From contig CAWKNS010000043.1 in assembly GCA_963850795.1 (NCBI GenBank), positions 1,021-65,020 of the forward strand: 64,000 nt of DNA. The letters run 5' to 3'. Both the position numbers and the translations under genes were made by a program. The notes beneath the pieces are model-generated. The model saw only the letters and a list, made by a program, of their open reading frames with translations. It searched no databases and was not told the DNA's origin. Position 1 is the stretch's first letter; each line of letters opens with the position of its first letter. Positions 21,522 to 31,904 of this stretch are shown here, piece by piece. The stretch is from an uncultured Acidobacteriota bacterium (GTDB lineage Bacteria; Acidobacteriota; Terriglobia; Acidiferrales; UBA7541).

Positions 21522-22360
21522 ATGCCCCAACGGAGCAGCACAACAACCGCCGTCTTCACGGCCAGCGCGCAAGTCGACGCGTCGCGATCCGTCGCAATTT
21601 CAGCACGTCAAACTCGCCATCGACAACAACGTGGCGCGCATCACGCTTTCGCGGCCCGATCACAATCTTTTGAACGAAGGAATGCTGCGCGAAATCACCG
21701 ACGCGATCCTGACCGCGGGCGAAAACGAAACGGCGAAATTGATCGTGATGGATTCGGCGTGCAAGGTTTTTTCGGGCGGAGTGGACATCGGGGAGTACAC
21801 GTCGCAGCGCGTATTTCAAATGCTGGACGCGTTTCACAGCGTGTTCGGGGCGATGCTGGAGGTGGGCAAGCCGGTGTTGTGCATCGTGAACGGACCGGCG
21901 ATCGGTGGGGGAACGGAACTGGCGCTATTCGGCGATTTGGTCGTCGCGACGCCGAAGGCGCGATTTGCGCAGCCGGAAATTACGATCGGTGTTTTCCCGC
22001 CGCTGGCTTCGACGATTCTTCCGTACCTGGTCGGGCCAAAGATGGCGCTGGAAATTATTTTGACCGGCGAGCCGATCAATGCGGAGCGTGCCCTGGAATT
22101 TGGGAATGATCAACCGGTTGGTGCCGGAGGCCGATCTCGAAAAGACCGTTGCTGAATTGACGGCGCGGATTACAGCGCATTCAGGTCCAGTGCTGAGCAT
22201 GGCGAAGAAGGCGATTCTCGGCGGGATGGGCTTGTCGCTCCGCGATGGGCTGGCGCAGTCGATGGATATTTTTCTCAACCAGCTTTACAAGCTCGAGGAT
22301 TCGCAGGAAGGTTTGCGCGCGCTGGTCGAAAAGCGGAAGCCGAACTGGAAGAATCGCTGA
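21522..22360 (+). CDS. Enoyl-CoA hydratase/isomerase (crotonase, Dch-like); 2 frameshifts
   Basis: FSGGVDI, AIGGGTEL, FAQPEITIGVFPP, EDSQEGLRALVEKRKPNW; GGAGG RBS. Confidence 0.88.
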
Positions 22361-22539
22361 TCGCGTTTTAGCGGATACGGTTTTTAGCGAGTACGGGCGC
22401 GTTGACACTCTGCGCTGGTGAACCATACACTTTTTGTTCTGTTTGCCGTTTGGCCGAAACGCGCCGCCAGTTTGCTGTCGCACCGATCAGAGCTTCTTTG
22501 CGTAAACGCAATTATTTTCGACGAAATCAGGGGAAATTC

Positions 22540-23664
22540 GTGCAGCGAAGCTCTTTCGCCCAAAATCTTCGCGTAGCTGGTCGTTTCGCAGTTGCGTTGC
22601 TTTTTCTCGCAGCTTTTTCTTTGCGTTTGAGGGCTCAGGAAACACAGACTCCCGCAACTGCGGCCAGTTCGACAGTGCCAACGGCGAACGCGCCGATGCG
22701 CGAAGTGACCGACGAAGTCGGCCGCAAAGTTCAGATTCCGGTGACAATTCATCGCGTGGTTTCGCTGGCGCCGAGCATCACGGAAACTCTTTACGCGCTC
22801 GGATTGCAGGATCGTTTAGTCGCCGACAGCGACTATTGCGACTATCCGCCGGAAGCGAAGCAGAAACCGCACGTCGGCGGAACGATCACCCCGAGCATCG
22901 AAACGATCGCGTCGCTGCATCCAGATGTGGTGCTCGTAACCAAGGGGATCAACCGGCTCGAAACGGTGAATTCGCTCGCATCGCTTGGGATTCCTTCGTA
23001 CTCGACCGATGCGCATTCCGTGGCCGAGATACTTACGTCAACGCAGCAACTCGCGGCGTTGTTAGGCGACGCGCAGGCAGGCGATGAGCTCGCGACGCAA
23101 GTTGCGACGGGAACTTTTGGAGACGCGGCAGCGCGTGGCGCCGTATCCGCCGCGGCCGCGTTCTATATGTGGTGTGGCCGCAGCCGCTGATTTCGATCGG
23201 GCAGGACACGTTTATCGCGGACGCGCTGCGCTATTCGGGCGCGACGTCGATCATCAATGAGCCGCAGTCGTGGCCGCAGATCAGCCTGGAAGAAGTGGCG
23301 CGATTGCAGCCGGAGTTTCTCGTTTTCTCGGGATCGCACATGGCGTCGGCATCGGTCAACATCGATGCGCTGGCGGAATCGCCTGGATGGCGAATTTTGA
23401 ATGCGGTGCGCGAGAAGCGATATGCGAACACATCGGACGCGATCGAGCGCACTTCGCCGCGCATCGTTTCGGCGATCGCCGATCTCGCGCGGCAATTTCA
23501 TCCCGAAGCATTTGAAAGATGCGACGCACGAATCTGAAAAACTTGAGACGCGGACGGTCCCGATGATTCCCACTCAAGACACGCCGATCGACGGGCAGAT
23601 CAAGCCGCGACCGCAGGCGCAACTCGATGTCGTCGATATTGCGGAGTGTGCATGCGCCCGCTGA
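22540..23664 (+). CDS. Cobalamin/iron-complex ABC substrate-binding protein (BtuF-like); frameshifted
   Basis: RVVSLAPSITETLYALG, YCDYPPEA, WPQISLEEV, ERTSPR. Probable C-terminus overlaps the next ATG. Confidence 0.85.
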
Positions 23665-24695
23665 CGTTTACGCGACTCATCGTCAATTGCTTTTATCTTG
23701 CGGTGGTTTTGTTTGTGGTGATGGTGATCGCGCTGAAGCTGGGCGCGGTGCCGGTTTCGCTTTACGGTCTGGCTGCCGATCTCTTGCAGGTTTTGTTTCA
23801 CCGGACGAGCGCGCTTTCCAGCAATTACGACATGATCGTGATCGACATTCGCTTGCCGCGGATTTTGCTGGGCATCGTTGTCGGCGCGTCGTTGTCAGTT
23901 GCGGGTACGGCGTTTCAGGCGCTGCTGCGGAATCCGCTGGCCGATCCGTACATACTTGGCGCTTCGAGCGGCGCGTCGCTTGGCGCGATTCTGACTTTGA
24001 TCGTGCAGCCTTACATCGCGCTCCCGCTGGCGATTGCGGTTGTTTTCACGCCAATCGGTGCGTTTGTCGGTGCGGCCGCGGTCATCGCCGCGGTCTATTT
24101 CCTCGGGCGACGCGACGGGCAACTGGACAGCAACACGCTGCTGCTTTCGGGCATCGTATCGGGGTCATTTCTGTCGGCGATCATCATGTTTTTGATATCG
24201 ACGCTGGCGGGCCGCGGCGATTTGCGTGGCATCCTGTTTTGGTTGATGGGCGACCTTTCGACGGCAATTCCTCCGACGCTGCGCTGGATGCTGGGCGCGG
24301 GATTTTTGCTGGCGAGCGGCGTGATTTATTCGACGGCTTCGGATTTGAACCTGATGCTGAACGGCGAGAAAGAAGCGATGCATCTTGGCGTCGATGTGCC
24401 GCGCGTGAGGATCGTGGTTTACATCGCTGCGTCGCTGTTGACGGGGCTCGCTGTTTCGGTGAGCGGCGCGATCGGCTACGTCGGGCTGCTTGTGCCGCAT
24501 GTGATGCGGCTGATTTTTGGATCCGATCATCGCATTTTGATTCCGACGTCGGCGTTTGGCGGAGCGATCGCGGTGGTGCTGGCGGACACGCTGGCGCGCA
24601 CGATTGTGGCTCCCAGCGAATTGCCTGTCGGCGCGATGACGGCGCTGGCGGGCGCGCCGTTGTTCATTTATTTGCTGCGGCGGAAGTTCGCATGA
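23652..24695 (+). CDS. FecCD/BtuC family ABC permease
   Basis: IRLPRI, QALLRNPLADPYILG, GYVGLLVPH, LADTLAR, GAPLFIYLL. Confidence 0.94.
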   Translation: MRPLTFTRLIVNCFYLAVVLFVVMVIALKLGAVPVSLYGLAADLLQVLFHRTSALSSNYDMIVIDIRLPRILLGIVVGASLSVAGTAFQALLRNPLADPYILGASSGASLGAILTLIVQPYIALPLAIAVVFTPIGAFVGAAAVIAAVYFLGRRDGQLDSNTLLLSGIVSGSFLSAIIMFLISTLAGRGDLRGILFWLMGDLSTAIPPTLRWMLGAGFLLASGVIYSTASDLNLMLNGEKEAMHLGVDVPRVRIVVYIAASLLTGLAVSVSGAIGYVGLLVPHVMRLIFGSDHRILIPTSAFGGAIAVVLADTLARTIVAPSELPVGAMTALAGAPLFIYLLRRKFA

Positions 24696-24727
24696 GCCCC
24701 CGCGCGCACAACATTCGATAAATCGCG

Positions 24728-25567
24728 ATGCCTTCTCCCTCCATGCAGCCTGCCAATCCGCGCTCGCAAGAAGTTCGATTGAGCGTCGAGCAAGTGAGCT
24801 ACGCGTACTCGCCGAATCCGAATCAGGCGCCGATTTTTACGCTGGAAGCGAGCAGCTTTCAGGCGCGTGCCGGCGAGATCGTCGCGATCCTTGGGCCCAA
24901 CGCGAGCGGAAAATCGACGCTACTGAAATTGATCGCCGGGTCGCAGCCGCCTCTTTCGGGGCGCGTGTTGCTGAACGGCGAGACGACGCATTCGCTGGCG
25001 CCGCGCGTGCGCGCGCAACGGATTGCGATGGTGCAGCAGGAGAGTCCGCTGCTGTTTCCGACGCGGGCGTGGGAATTTGTGCTGCAAGGGCGGCACGCGT
25101 ACGGCGGTTCGCTGCAATTTGAGAGCGCGAATGACATGACGATCGCGCGGAATTCGCTGTCGCAGGTTACGGCGGCGCATTTGGCGGATCGGTGGATGGA
25201 TCAGGTTTCGGGCGGCGAGAAGCAGCGCATCGTGTTGGCGCGGGCGCTGGCGCAGCAGCCGGTATTGTTGCTGCTGGATGAGCCGACGCTGCATCTTGAT
25301 ATTGGCGCGCAGGTTGGGCTGCTGGACACACTGCGAAAATTAGCGAACGAGAGTCGGTACACCGTGGTGATCGTGACGCACGAGCTGAATCTGGCGGCGC
25401 AGTATGCGGATACGATCGTGTTGCTGCACAAGGGCAAGAGTTTGCGCGTTGGGCCGCCGTCGGCGGTGTATTCGCGCGAGTTGCTGGAGCAGGTGTTTCA
25501 GACGCCGTTGTCGGTGGAGATGGAGTCGTCGGGGCGGCCGCGGGTTACGATTTTGCCGACGAGTTGA
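24728..25567 (+). CDS. FecE/BtuD family ABC ATP-binding protein
   Basis: GPNASGKST, VSGGEKQR, LLDEPTLHLD, THELNLA. Confidence 0.93.
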   Translation: MPSPSMQPANPRSQEVRLSVEQVSYAYSPNPNQAPIFTLEASSFQARAGEIVAILGPNASGKSTLLKLIAGSQPPLSGRVLLNGETTHSLAPRVRAQRIAMVQQESPLLFPTRAWEFVLQGRHAYGGSLQFESANDMTIARNSLSQVTAAHLADRWMDQVSGGEKQRIVLARALAQQPVLLLLDEPTLHLDIGAQVGLLDTLRKLANESRYTVVIVTHELNLAAQYADTIVLLHKGKSLRVGPPSAVYSRELLEQVFQTPLSVEMESSGRPRVTILPTS

Positions 25568-25980
25568 GTGATTTTGAGGTTCCTTCCTACGAAGTCAGTT
25601 CCATTTTGAATTTTGGGTGGGCTGTGTACCCCACACCCCCGTGTTTTTCCAAAGAGTGCGGAAGCTGTTTATCTACTGCGACTTACAAGACTACAGAAAA
25701 CGGGAGTGTGCAAGCTGTTGCAACGAAGCAGCTTAGAGCGTTGCGTAGTTCGAAAATTTGTTGGTTGTTTTTGGATTTGCAGAAGCGGAACGTCGTTGAC
25801 TCGCGAGGACGGAGTTTTCTACGCGCGCAGGATAGCAGAGATTGTTGTTCGAAGAGATCGATATTCGGGGAGTGGTTGAATTTTGCGGGTGAATGGTTGG
25901 AAGTCGGGGTTGAGATGTCGATTTGGATTTCGAATGACGGTAAGAAGCAAAAAAAGATGCGACGTCGCTCTGATCGAAGA

Positions 25981-26285
25981 GAGATTCCTCTACTGCGCGA
26001 GCCGACGCGCCCACAGGAAGTGAGCGTGAAGAAAAAGCGTCGGCTCGCTCCGGTCGGAATGACACGCGCGCTTACTCAGGCGATGCGTTCATGTGACACG
26101 TAGTGAGTTGAGTTTTGCGCCAGGATCCCTCCACTGCGCAGCCCGACACGTTCGCTCGGAAGCGAACGTGAAGAAAAGACGTCGGGATGCTTCGGTCGGG
26201 ATGACACGCTTATTAGTTTTGGTGCGGGGATGGATCGATTGCGATGGGGCTGATGCTGAGATCCTTCGCTTCGCTCAGGATGACA
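25981..26285 (-). repeat. Cluster of three TGTCAT-type palindromic repeats, family C (25981-26064, 26121-26206, 26258-26285)
   Basis: Shared ends G(A/G)GAT(T/C)C...G(G/A)ATGACA; two long copies with an internal hairpin and one short copy gagatccttcgcttcgctcaggatgaca. Confidence 0.85.
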
Positions 26286-26328
26286 ACGTAATTGGGATGG
26301 TGCATCGCGTGACACTAGGTGATTGAAA

Positions 26329-26796
26329 TTATTTTGAGGTGGCGGCGGTGAGGGTTTCGGCGGCGTGGTTTTTGACGCGGACGGAGTCCCAGATTTGGGC
26401 GATGCGGCCGTCGGGGTCGATGAGGAAGGTGCTGCGGACGATCCCTTTGAAGGAGCGGCCCATAAATTTTTTCATGCGCCATTGGCCGTAGGACTCGATC
26501 ATTTTGTGGTCGGGGTCGCTGAGGAGGGGGAAGTTTAGTTTTTGTTTTGTTTTGAAATTGACGAGGGCTTTGACGGGGTCGGCGCTGACGCCGAGGACGA
26601 CGATGTCGGCTTTGTTGAATTTGGGGCGGAGGTCGCGGAAGTCGCAGGCTTCGATGGTGCAGCCGGGGGTGCTGGCTTTTGGGTAGAAGTAGAGGACGAC
26701 TTGTTTGCCTTTGAAGTCGGAGAGGGAGATGGGCTTTCCGTCGTCGGCGGTGAGGGTGAAGTCGGGGGCTTTGTCGCCGGGTTTTAGGGTGGGCAT
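26329..26796 (-). CDS. bcp: Thioredoxin-dependent thiol peroxidase (BCP/PrxQ)
   Basis: [33 protein letters not shown]. Confidence 0.95.
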   Translation of the reverse strand: MPTLKPGDKAPDFTLTADDGKPISLSDFKGKQVVLYFYPKASTPGCTIEACDFRDLRPKFNKADIVVLGVSADPVKALVNFKTKQKLNFPLLSDPDHKMIESYGQWRMKKFMGRSFKGIVRSTFLIDPDGRIAQIWDSVRVKNHAAETLTAATSK

Positions 26797-26841
26797 GGGT
26801 TGGGTGCCTGTCGTTGAGATTGGGTGGTGCGGTTTACAGCT

Positions 26842-27066
26842 GAGATCCTTCGGCTATCCTCGTCGGATAGCCTCAGGATGACAAGTTATTTTAATTTTGC
26901 CAAAAAAACTTTGTCGGCACCGTTGAACTAGCGACAAGAAAAACGGATCGAGATGAATGTTGACGCTCGGGCAAGTTGGGGCGCAGCGGTGCTGCGCCCG
27001 TACATGAGAGGCTTCGCGATCGATTGAGGTCGTGTTGACGCCGGGCGGGGCGAGCCCCGCCCCTAC
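26842..27066 (-). repeat. Repeat cluster: family C (26842-26883) plus two GTAG/GTAC REPs (26959-27003, 27034-27066)
   Basis: gagatccttcggctatcc...ggatagcctcaggatgaca; ggggcgcagcggtgctgcgcccgtac; gggcggggcgagccccgcccctac. Confidence 0.85.
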
Positions 27067-27105
27067 AACGGCAACAGCAGATCGCGACTTGCGGTCGGAT
27101 CGTCG

Positions 27106-28590
27106 CTATTCGGAGAGGAGTTTGCGGACGATGTCGTTGACGGTTTGGGGATTGCCTTGGCCTTTGGTGGCTTTCATGACTTGGCCGACGAAGAATTTGA
27201 AGACGCCTTCGTTGCCAGAGCGGAATTTGGCGAGGTTGTCGGGGTTTTTGGCGATGACTTCACGGGCGGCGGACTCGATGGCGCCGGTGTCGCTGATTTG
27301 GGCGAGGCCTTCGGCGGCTACAATTTCGGAGGCGGAGCGGCCGGAATCGAACATCGTAGCGAAAACTTTTTTGCCGATGGAGCCGCTGATCTGGCCGGAT
27401 TCGACGAGCTTTAGCAAATCGGCGAGAGCGGCGGGGGCTACGGGGCTGTCTTCGATTTCCTTGCCGCCGTCGTTGAGGCGTCGCAGCAGTTCGGTCTGAA
27501 TCCAGTTGGCGGCGTTTTTGCCCGTGGCGCCGGCTTTTACCATTGCTTCGAAATAATCGGCGCGGGCTTGCGTGGTGGCGAGGACTTCGGCGTCGTAGGG
27601 GGTGATGCCGAAGGCGCTGACGAAACGGGTGCGTTTGGCTTCGGGGAGTTCGGGGATGGTGCGGCGAATTTCTTCGCGCCAGGCTTCGCTTACGTGGACC
27701 GGAAGCAAGTCTGGTTCGGGAAAATATCGATAGTCGTGGGCTTTTTCTTTGGAGCGCATCGAGACGGTGAGGGACTCGCGCTCGTTCCAGAGGCGCGTCT
27801 CTTGCGGAACGCGGGCGCCGCCTTCAATCACGCCGATCTGGCGCTCGATTTCGTATTCGATCGCTTTTTGCACGAAGCGGAAGGAATTGAGATTTTTGAT
27901 TTCGACCTTCGTGCCGAACTGTTCGGCGCCGCGTGGGCGGACGCTGACGTTGGCGTCGCAGCGGAGCGAGCCTTCTTCCATGTTGCAGTCGCTGATGGCG
28001 GCGTAGAGCAGGATCTGGCGGAGCGCGGTGAGGTAGGCGTAGGCCTCTTCGGGCGTGCGCATGTCGGGCTCGCTCACAATTTCGGCGAGTGGGGAGCCGC
28101 AGCGGTTGTAGTCGATGTAGGCCTTGGTGGCCGACTGCGCAAAACCTTCATGGAGATTTTTGGCGGCGTCTTCTTCGACGTGGAGGCGCGTGATGCCGAT
28201 GCATTTTTTTGCGCCGGAGATTTCGATTTCGACGAAGCCCGCGGTGGCGAGCGGGAGTTCGAACTGAGAGATTTGGTAGCCCTTGGGGAGATCGGGGTAG
28301 AAATAATTTTTACGGGCGAAGCGGGAGTGTTCGTGAACGGTGCAGTTGAGAGCGAGCGAGGCACGGGAGGCGAGTTCGATGACGCGCTTGTTAAGGACGG
28401 GCAGGGTGCCGGGGAGTCCGAGGCAGACGGGGCAGGTGTTGGAGTTGGGAGCGTCGCCGAAGCGGGTGGAGCAGGGGCAAAAGATTTTGGTTTTGGTGAG
28501 GAGTTGGGCGTGAACTTCGAGGCCGATGACGGGCTCGTATTTGGCGAGGATTTCGGGAGAGAGGGTCATTTCTGTCGCGGTTTTTGGCAT
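27106..28590 (-). CDS. gatB: Asp-tRNA(Asn)/Glu-tRNA(Gln) amidotransferase subunit B
   Basis: VIGLEVHAQL, RKNYFYPDLPKGYQISQ, LRCDANVS, DYRYFPEPDL. Confidence 0.98.
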   Translation of the reverse strand: MPKTATEMTLSPEILAKYEPVIGLEVHAQLLTKTKIFCPCSTRFGDAPNSNTCPVCLGLPGTLPVLNKRVIELASRASLALNCTVHEHSRFARKNYFYPDLPKGYQISQFELPLATAGFVEIEISGAKKCIGITRLHVEEDAAKNLHEGFAQSATKAYIDYNRCGSPLAEIVSEPDMRTPEEAYAYLTALRQILLYAAISDCNMEEGSLRCDANVSVRPRGAEQFGTKVEIKNLNSFRFVQKAIEYEIERQIGVIEGGARVPQETRLWNERESLTVSMRSKEKAHDYRYFPEPDLLPVHVSEAWREEIRRTIPELPEAKRTRFVSAFGITPYDAEVLATTQARADYFEAMVKAGATGKNAANWIQTELLRRLNDGGKEIEDSPVAPAALADLLKLVESGQISGSIGKKVFATMFDSGRSASEIVAAEGLAQISDTGAIESAAREVIAKNPDNLAKFRSGNEGVFKFFVGQVMKATKGQGNPQTVNDIVRKLLSE

Positions 28591-28693
28591 TGGAGTTGGA
28601 GCGGAATTATAGCATCGGCGCGTGAGGTTTCAGATTGGCGGGTTAACGGTGGGCGGGTAGTCTCCTCGTTTCGTAGTCGCGAGGGTTGGTAGC

Positions 28694-28779
28694 CAGGATC
28701 CCTCCACTGCGTGAGCCGACGCGTTCGCAGGAGCGAACGCGAAAGAAAAGGCGTCGGCTCACTTCGGTCCCGACTGACA
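28694..28779 (-). repeat. Family C long palindromic repeat
   Basis: caggatccctccactgcgtgagccgacgcgttcgc...gcgtcggctcacttcggtcccgactgaca. Confidence 0.85.
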
Positions 28780-28802
28780 CGCCTAGATAGACGGCGCGAC
28801 TT

Positions 28803-29684
28803 TTAGAGATGGAAGGTAAGGTCGTCGGAGGTTGAGGAAGAAGGTTCGATGAAGAGGTTGTCGATGAGGCGGGTTTTGCCGATGGTGGCGGCGAGGAGGA
28901 TGTAGGTGGGCTTCGAGATACGGGTGATGGGGTCGAAGGTGTCGGCGTCTACTATTTCGGCGTAGTCGAGGGAGGCGAGGGGTTCGGCGGCGAAGATTTT
29001 TTGGATGGTGGATTGGAGTTGCAGAGTGTCGCGGGTGCCGGAGGCGAGTTCGTCGCGGGCGGCGGTGAGGGCGCGGTTCAGGACCAGGGCGGACTTGCGT
29101 TCGTCGGGGGTCAGGTAGACGTTGCGGGAAGAGAGGGCGAGGCCGTCGGGTTCGCGGACGATGGGGCAGATTACGATCTCGACGTCGAGGTTCAGGTCGC
29201 GGACCATTTGGGAAATGATGCGGACTTGCTGGGCGTCTTTGCGGCCGAAGTAGGCGTAGGTGGGTTGGACGATTTCGAACAACTTCAGGACGACGGTGGC
29301 GACTCCGCGGAAATGGCCGGGGCGGGAACGGCCTTCGAGGCGATCACTGAGGTTTTCCACGTTCACGTAGGTGCGGAAATTTGGTGGGTAAATGTCGGCG
29401 GGTTGCGGGGCGAAAATGGCGTCGACGCCCGCGGAGGCGATTTTTTGGGCGTCGGATTCGAAGGTGCGGGGGTATTTGGCGAGATCTTCTTTGGGGCCGA
29501 ATTGGGTGGGGTTGACGAAGATCGAGGTGACGACTTGGGTGCACTCGCGCTTCGCGCGTTCGACGAGGGACATGTGGCCGGCGTGGAGGGCACCCATGGT
29601 GGGGACGAGGCCGACGATTTTATTTTCGGCGCGGGCGAGGCGGGCGGTTTCTTTCATCCAGGATACGGTTCGGATTGTTTCCAT
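28803..29684 (-). CDS. panC: Pantoate--beta-alanine ligase
   Basis: PTMGALHAGH, SIFVNPTQF, RPGHFRGV, GLALSSRN, TRLIDN. Confidence 0.98.
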   Translation of the reverse strand: METIRTVSWMKETARLARAENKIVGLVPTMGALHAGHMSLVERAKRECTQVVTSIFVNPTQFGPKEDLAKYPRTFESDAQKIASAGVDAIFAPQPADIYPPNFRTYVNVENLSDRLEGRSRPGHFRGVATVVLKLFEIVQPTYAYFGRKDAQQVRIISQMVRDLNLDVEIVICPIVREPDGLALSSRNVYLTPDERKSALVLNRALTAARDELASGTRDTLQLQSTIQKIFAAEPLASLDYAEIVDADTFDPITRISKPTYILLAATIGKTRLIDNLFIEPSSSTSDDLTFHL

Positions 29685-29790
29685 TGGGGAGAGTTTACCG
29701 GAAATTTTATTTGTAGAGCGATTGCACTGATCAAGAAAAAGAATCGACCACAGAGTACGCAGAGTTCACAGAGCTAAGCACGTTTGATCT

Positions 29791-29826
29791 TGCGGACATG
29801 GGGCGCAGGAGTCCTGCGCCCGTACA
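29791..29826 (-). repeat. REP family A
   Basis: First 31 bp identical to the copy at 30421. Confidence 0.9.
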
Positions 29827-29848
29827 ACATCTTGCCAGGATCAAAAAT

Positions 29849-30358
29849 TTAGGCGGAGGCGGCTGAGGCGCGTTCACGGTAGAAGTGCATGAGGTCGGTG
29901 AGGACGGGTTGAGCGCCGAGTTGGCGGAGCATGGTGGTGATCTGGCCGCGATGATAGGTGCCGTGATTTACGACGTGTTGGAGGGACTGCCAGAGCGGAT
30001 TGGAGTAGACGCCGAACTTCATTGTCTTGTATTCGACGACGCGGTCGATGTCTGGCTGCGTGAGGTTGCTGACGAAATTGAGGAGATCGGCGGCGATGGG
30101 ATTCCACTTTGCCTGGAGCGAGGCGATGTCGGTGATTTGAGAGAGATCGGGGAAGGCGGATGGGGATTCGCCGTGGAAGCGCTGGAGCCAGATGGTTTCG
30201 GCACCGTAGAGGTGAGCGAGCGTGTCGCGGACGGAGGAGAAGCTGTTGCCGAGGGGTTTGGTGAATTGTTCGGGGGTTAGGGTGGAGGCGGCTTGGAGGG
30301 CGCGTTTGTTGGCCCAGTCGTTGTAGGTGAAGAGGAGATGGAGTTCGTTGGGGGTCAT
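29849..30358 (-). CDS. DinB family protein
   Basis: YNDWAN, SVRDTLAH, HVVNHGTYHRGQ (His triad). Confidence 0.92.
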   Translation of the reverse strand: MTPNELHLLFTYNDWANKRALQAASTLTPEQFTKPLGNSFSSVRDTLAHLYGAETIWLQRFHGESPSAFPDLSQITDIASLQAKWNPIAADLLNFVSNLTQPDIDRVVEYKTMKFGVYSNPLWQSLQHVVNHGTYHRGQITTMLRQLGAQPVLTDLMHFYRERASAASA

Positions 30359-30420
30359 TGGTTTTTTCCTTTCGCGTTTTGAGTTCAGGAAAGAAAGAAC
30401 GGACTCGAAATTTCATATCG

Positions 30421-30456
30421 TGCGGACATGGGGCGCAGGAGTCCTGCGCCCCTACA
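30421..30456 (-). repeat. REP family A
   Basis: tgcggacatggggcgcaggagtcctgcgcccctaca. Confidence 0.9.
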
Positions 30457-30520
30457 CGATCGCCATGAGGATTTCATTTTGCGTGGCGGATGCATCGCGG
30501 CGTGGCGTGCGTGCTCGCGC

Positions 30521-31397
30521 TTAGCAGGCGATGTGGATGGGTTTGCGGCGCTTGAGGGATTCGCCGGAGTGGTAGGACTCGGCGTCGGATGGGAACGAGC
30601 CAGCGCGGACGTCGTCGCAGTAATTGCGGACGGCGGTTGAGATGACTTCGCCGACGTTGGCGTATTGGCGCGCGAATTTGGGGGGCGCGTTGAGGGTGAG
30701 GCCGAGGAGGTCGTGGGCGACGAGGATCTGGCCGTCGCAGTCGGGGCCGGCGCCGATGCCGATGGTGGGGATTGTCAGCTCGCGGGTGATTTGGGCGGCG
30801 AGTTCACGGGGGACGGCTTCGAGGACGACGGCGAAAGCGCCAGCGGCTTCGACGGCGTGCGCGTCGCGGAGGAGCTGTTCGGCGGCGTCGGCGGTCTTGC
30901 CCTGGACGCGATAGCCACCCATCGCGTTGACGGACTGAGGGCGTGAGGCCGACGTGGCCCATAACGGGAATTTCGGATTCGGTAAGGCGCGCGATGAGCT
31001 CAAGGCGGCGCTCGCCGCCTTCGACCTTTACGGCTTCGGCGCCGGCTTCCTTGATGATGCGGACGGCGTTGCGAAGGGCTTCGGAGATGTCGGCGTGATA
31101 GGTGCCGAAGGGCATGTCGGCGACGACGAGGGCGTGTTTGGTGCCGCGGCGGACGGCGCGGGTGTGGTGGATCATTTCGTCGAGCGTGACTGGGAGGGTG
31201 TTGTCGTAGCCGAGGACGACCATGCCGAGGGAGTCGCCGACGAGGAGGACGTCAACACCGGCTTGGTCGGCTAGGCGCGAGGTCGGGTAGTCGTACGCGG
31301 TGAGGCAGACGATTTTTTGAGATGCGGGATCGGACTTGCGATTGAGGAGAGCGGGGACGGTAATTTTGCCGTCGCCCTGGGTGGGGTGAATGCTCAT
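30521..31397 (-). CDS. panB: 3-methyl-2-oxobutanoate hydroxymethyltransferase; 1 frameshift near 30940
   Basis: LTAYD, LVGDSLGM, VKVEGG, GHVGLTP|QS, IGIGAG, DGQILV. Confidence 0.96.
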
Positions 31398-31500
31398 TGT
31401 GGCCTCCGGTGCCATTCCCTTTTTACAGCGGGATATAGCCCTGATCCAACGACACCATTATATCACGGATGGGCAGATTGGTGTGGTGTGCGGCGAATGG

Positions 31501-31848
31501 TCAGGGTTGCAGAGCGGTTTTGTGTTTGGGTTGGTAGAGGCCGATTTCGGCGCCGCTGGGGAGGCGGAGTTTGGTGATGGAGCCCCAGCGGGCTTCTTCG
31601 ATGGGGGAGAATGTGCGCGCCCTTTTTTGTGAGGGCGGCGATTTCGGATTTGAGGTCGTCGCACATGAGGTAGAGCTCGTGTTTGGGAGCTGTTCGGCGG
31701 GATGGATGGCGGCTTCGGCTGGCGGGAGGGCGAAGATGAGCCAGCCGTGGCCGGCATCGACGTGGTGGAAGCCGAGGGTGTCGCGGAGGAAAGCGCGGTC
31801 GGCTTCGGCGTTGGTGGAGTAGAGGACGGTGTGGGTGCCGGTGATCAT
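31501..31848 (-). CDS. VOC/glyoxalase family protein; compensating frameshifts
   Basis: ADRAFLRDTLG, GWLIFALPP, alternate-frame LYLMCDDL, RWG...LPSG.EIGLYQPKH. Confidence 0.85.
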   Translation of the reverse strand: MITGTHTVLYSTNAEADRAFLRDTLGFHHVDAGHGWLIFALPPAEAAIHPAEQLPNTSSTSCATTSNPKSPPSQKRARTFSPIEEARWGSITKLRLPSGAEIGLYQPKHKTALQP

Positions 31849-31904
31849 GCGGGCTCCTTCATTTGCGTGGCTGATGGACGCGGATTGTAACTCAGCGTTC
31901 CGAG

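Noticed and set aside
22361-22540. Cobalamin riboswitch upstream of the BtuF-like gene
   Set aside because: No recognisable B12-box or GGGAA/GCCACTG core.
25981-27066. CRISPR array
   Set aside because: Repeats vary in length and family, spacing is irregular, a gene intervenes, and no cas genes are present.
27106-28590. gatB without gatA and gatC as a novel stand-alone enzyme
   Set aside because: Split gat genes are common; the partners are probably elsewhere in the genome.
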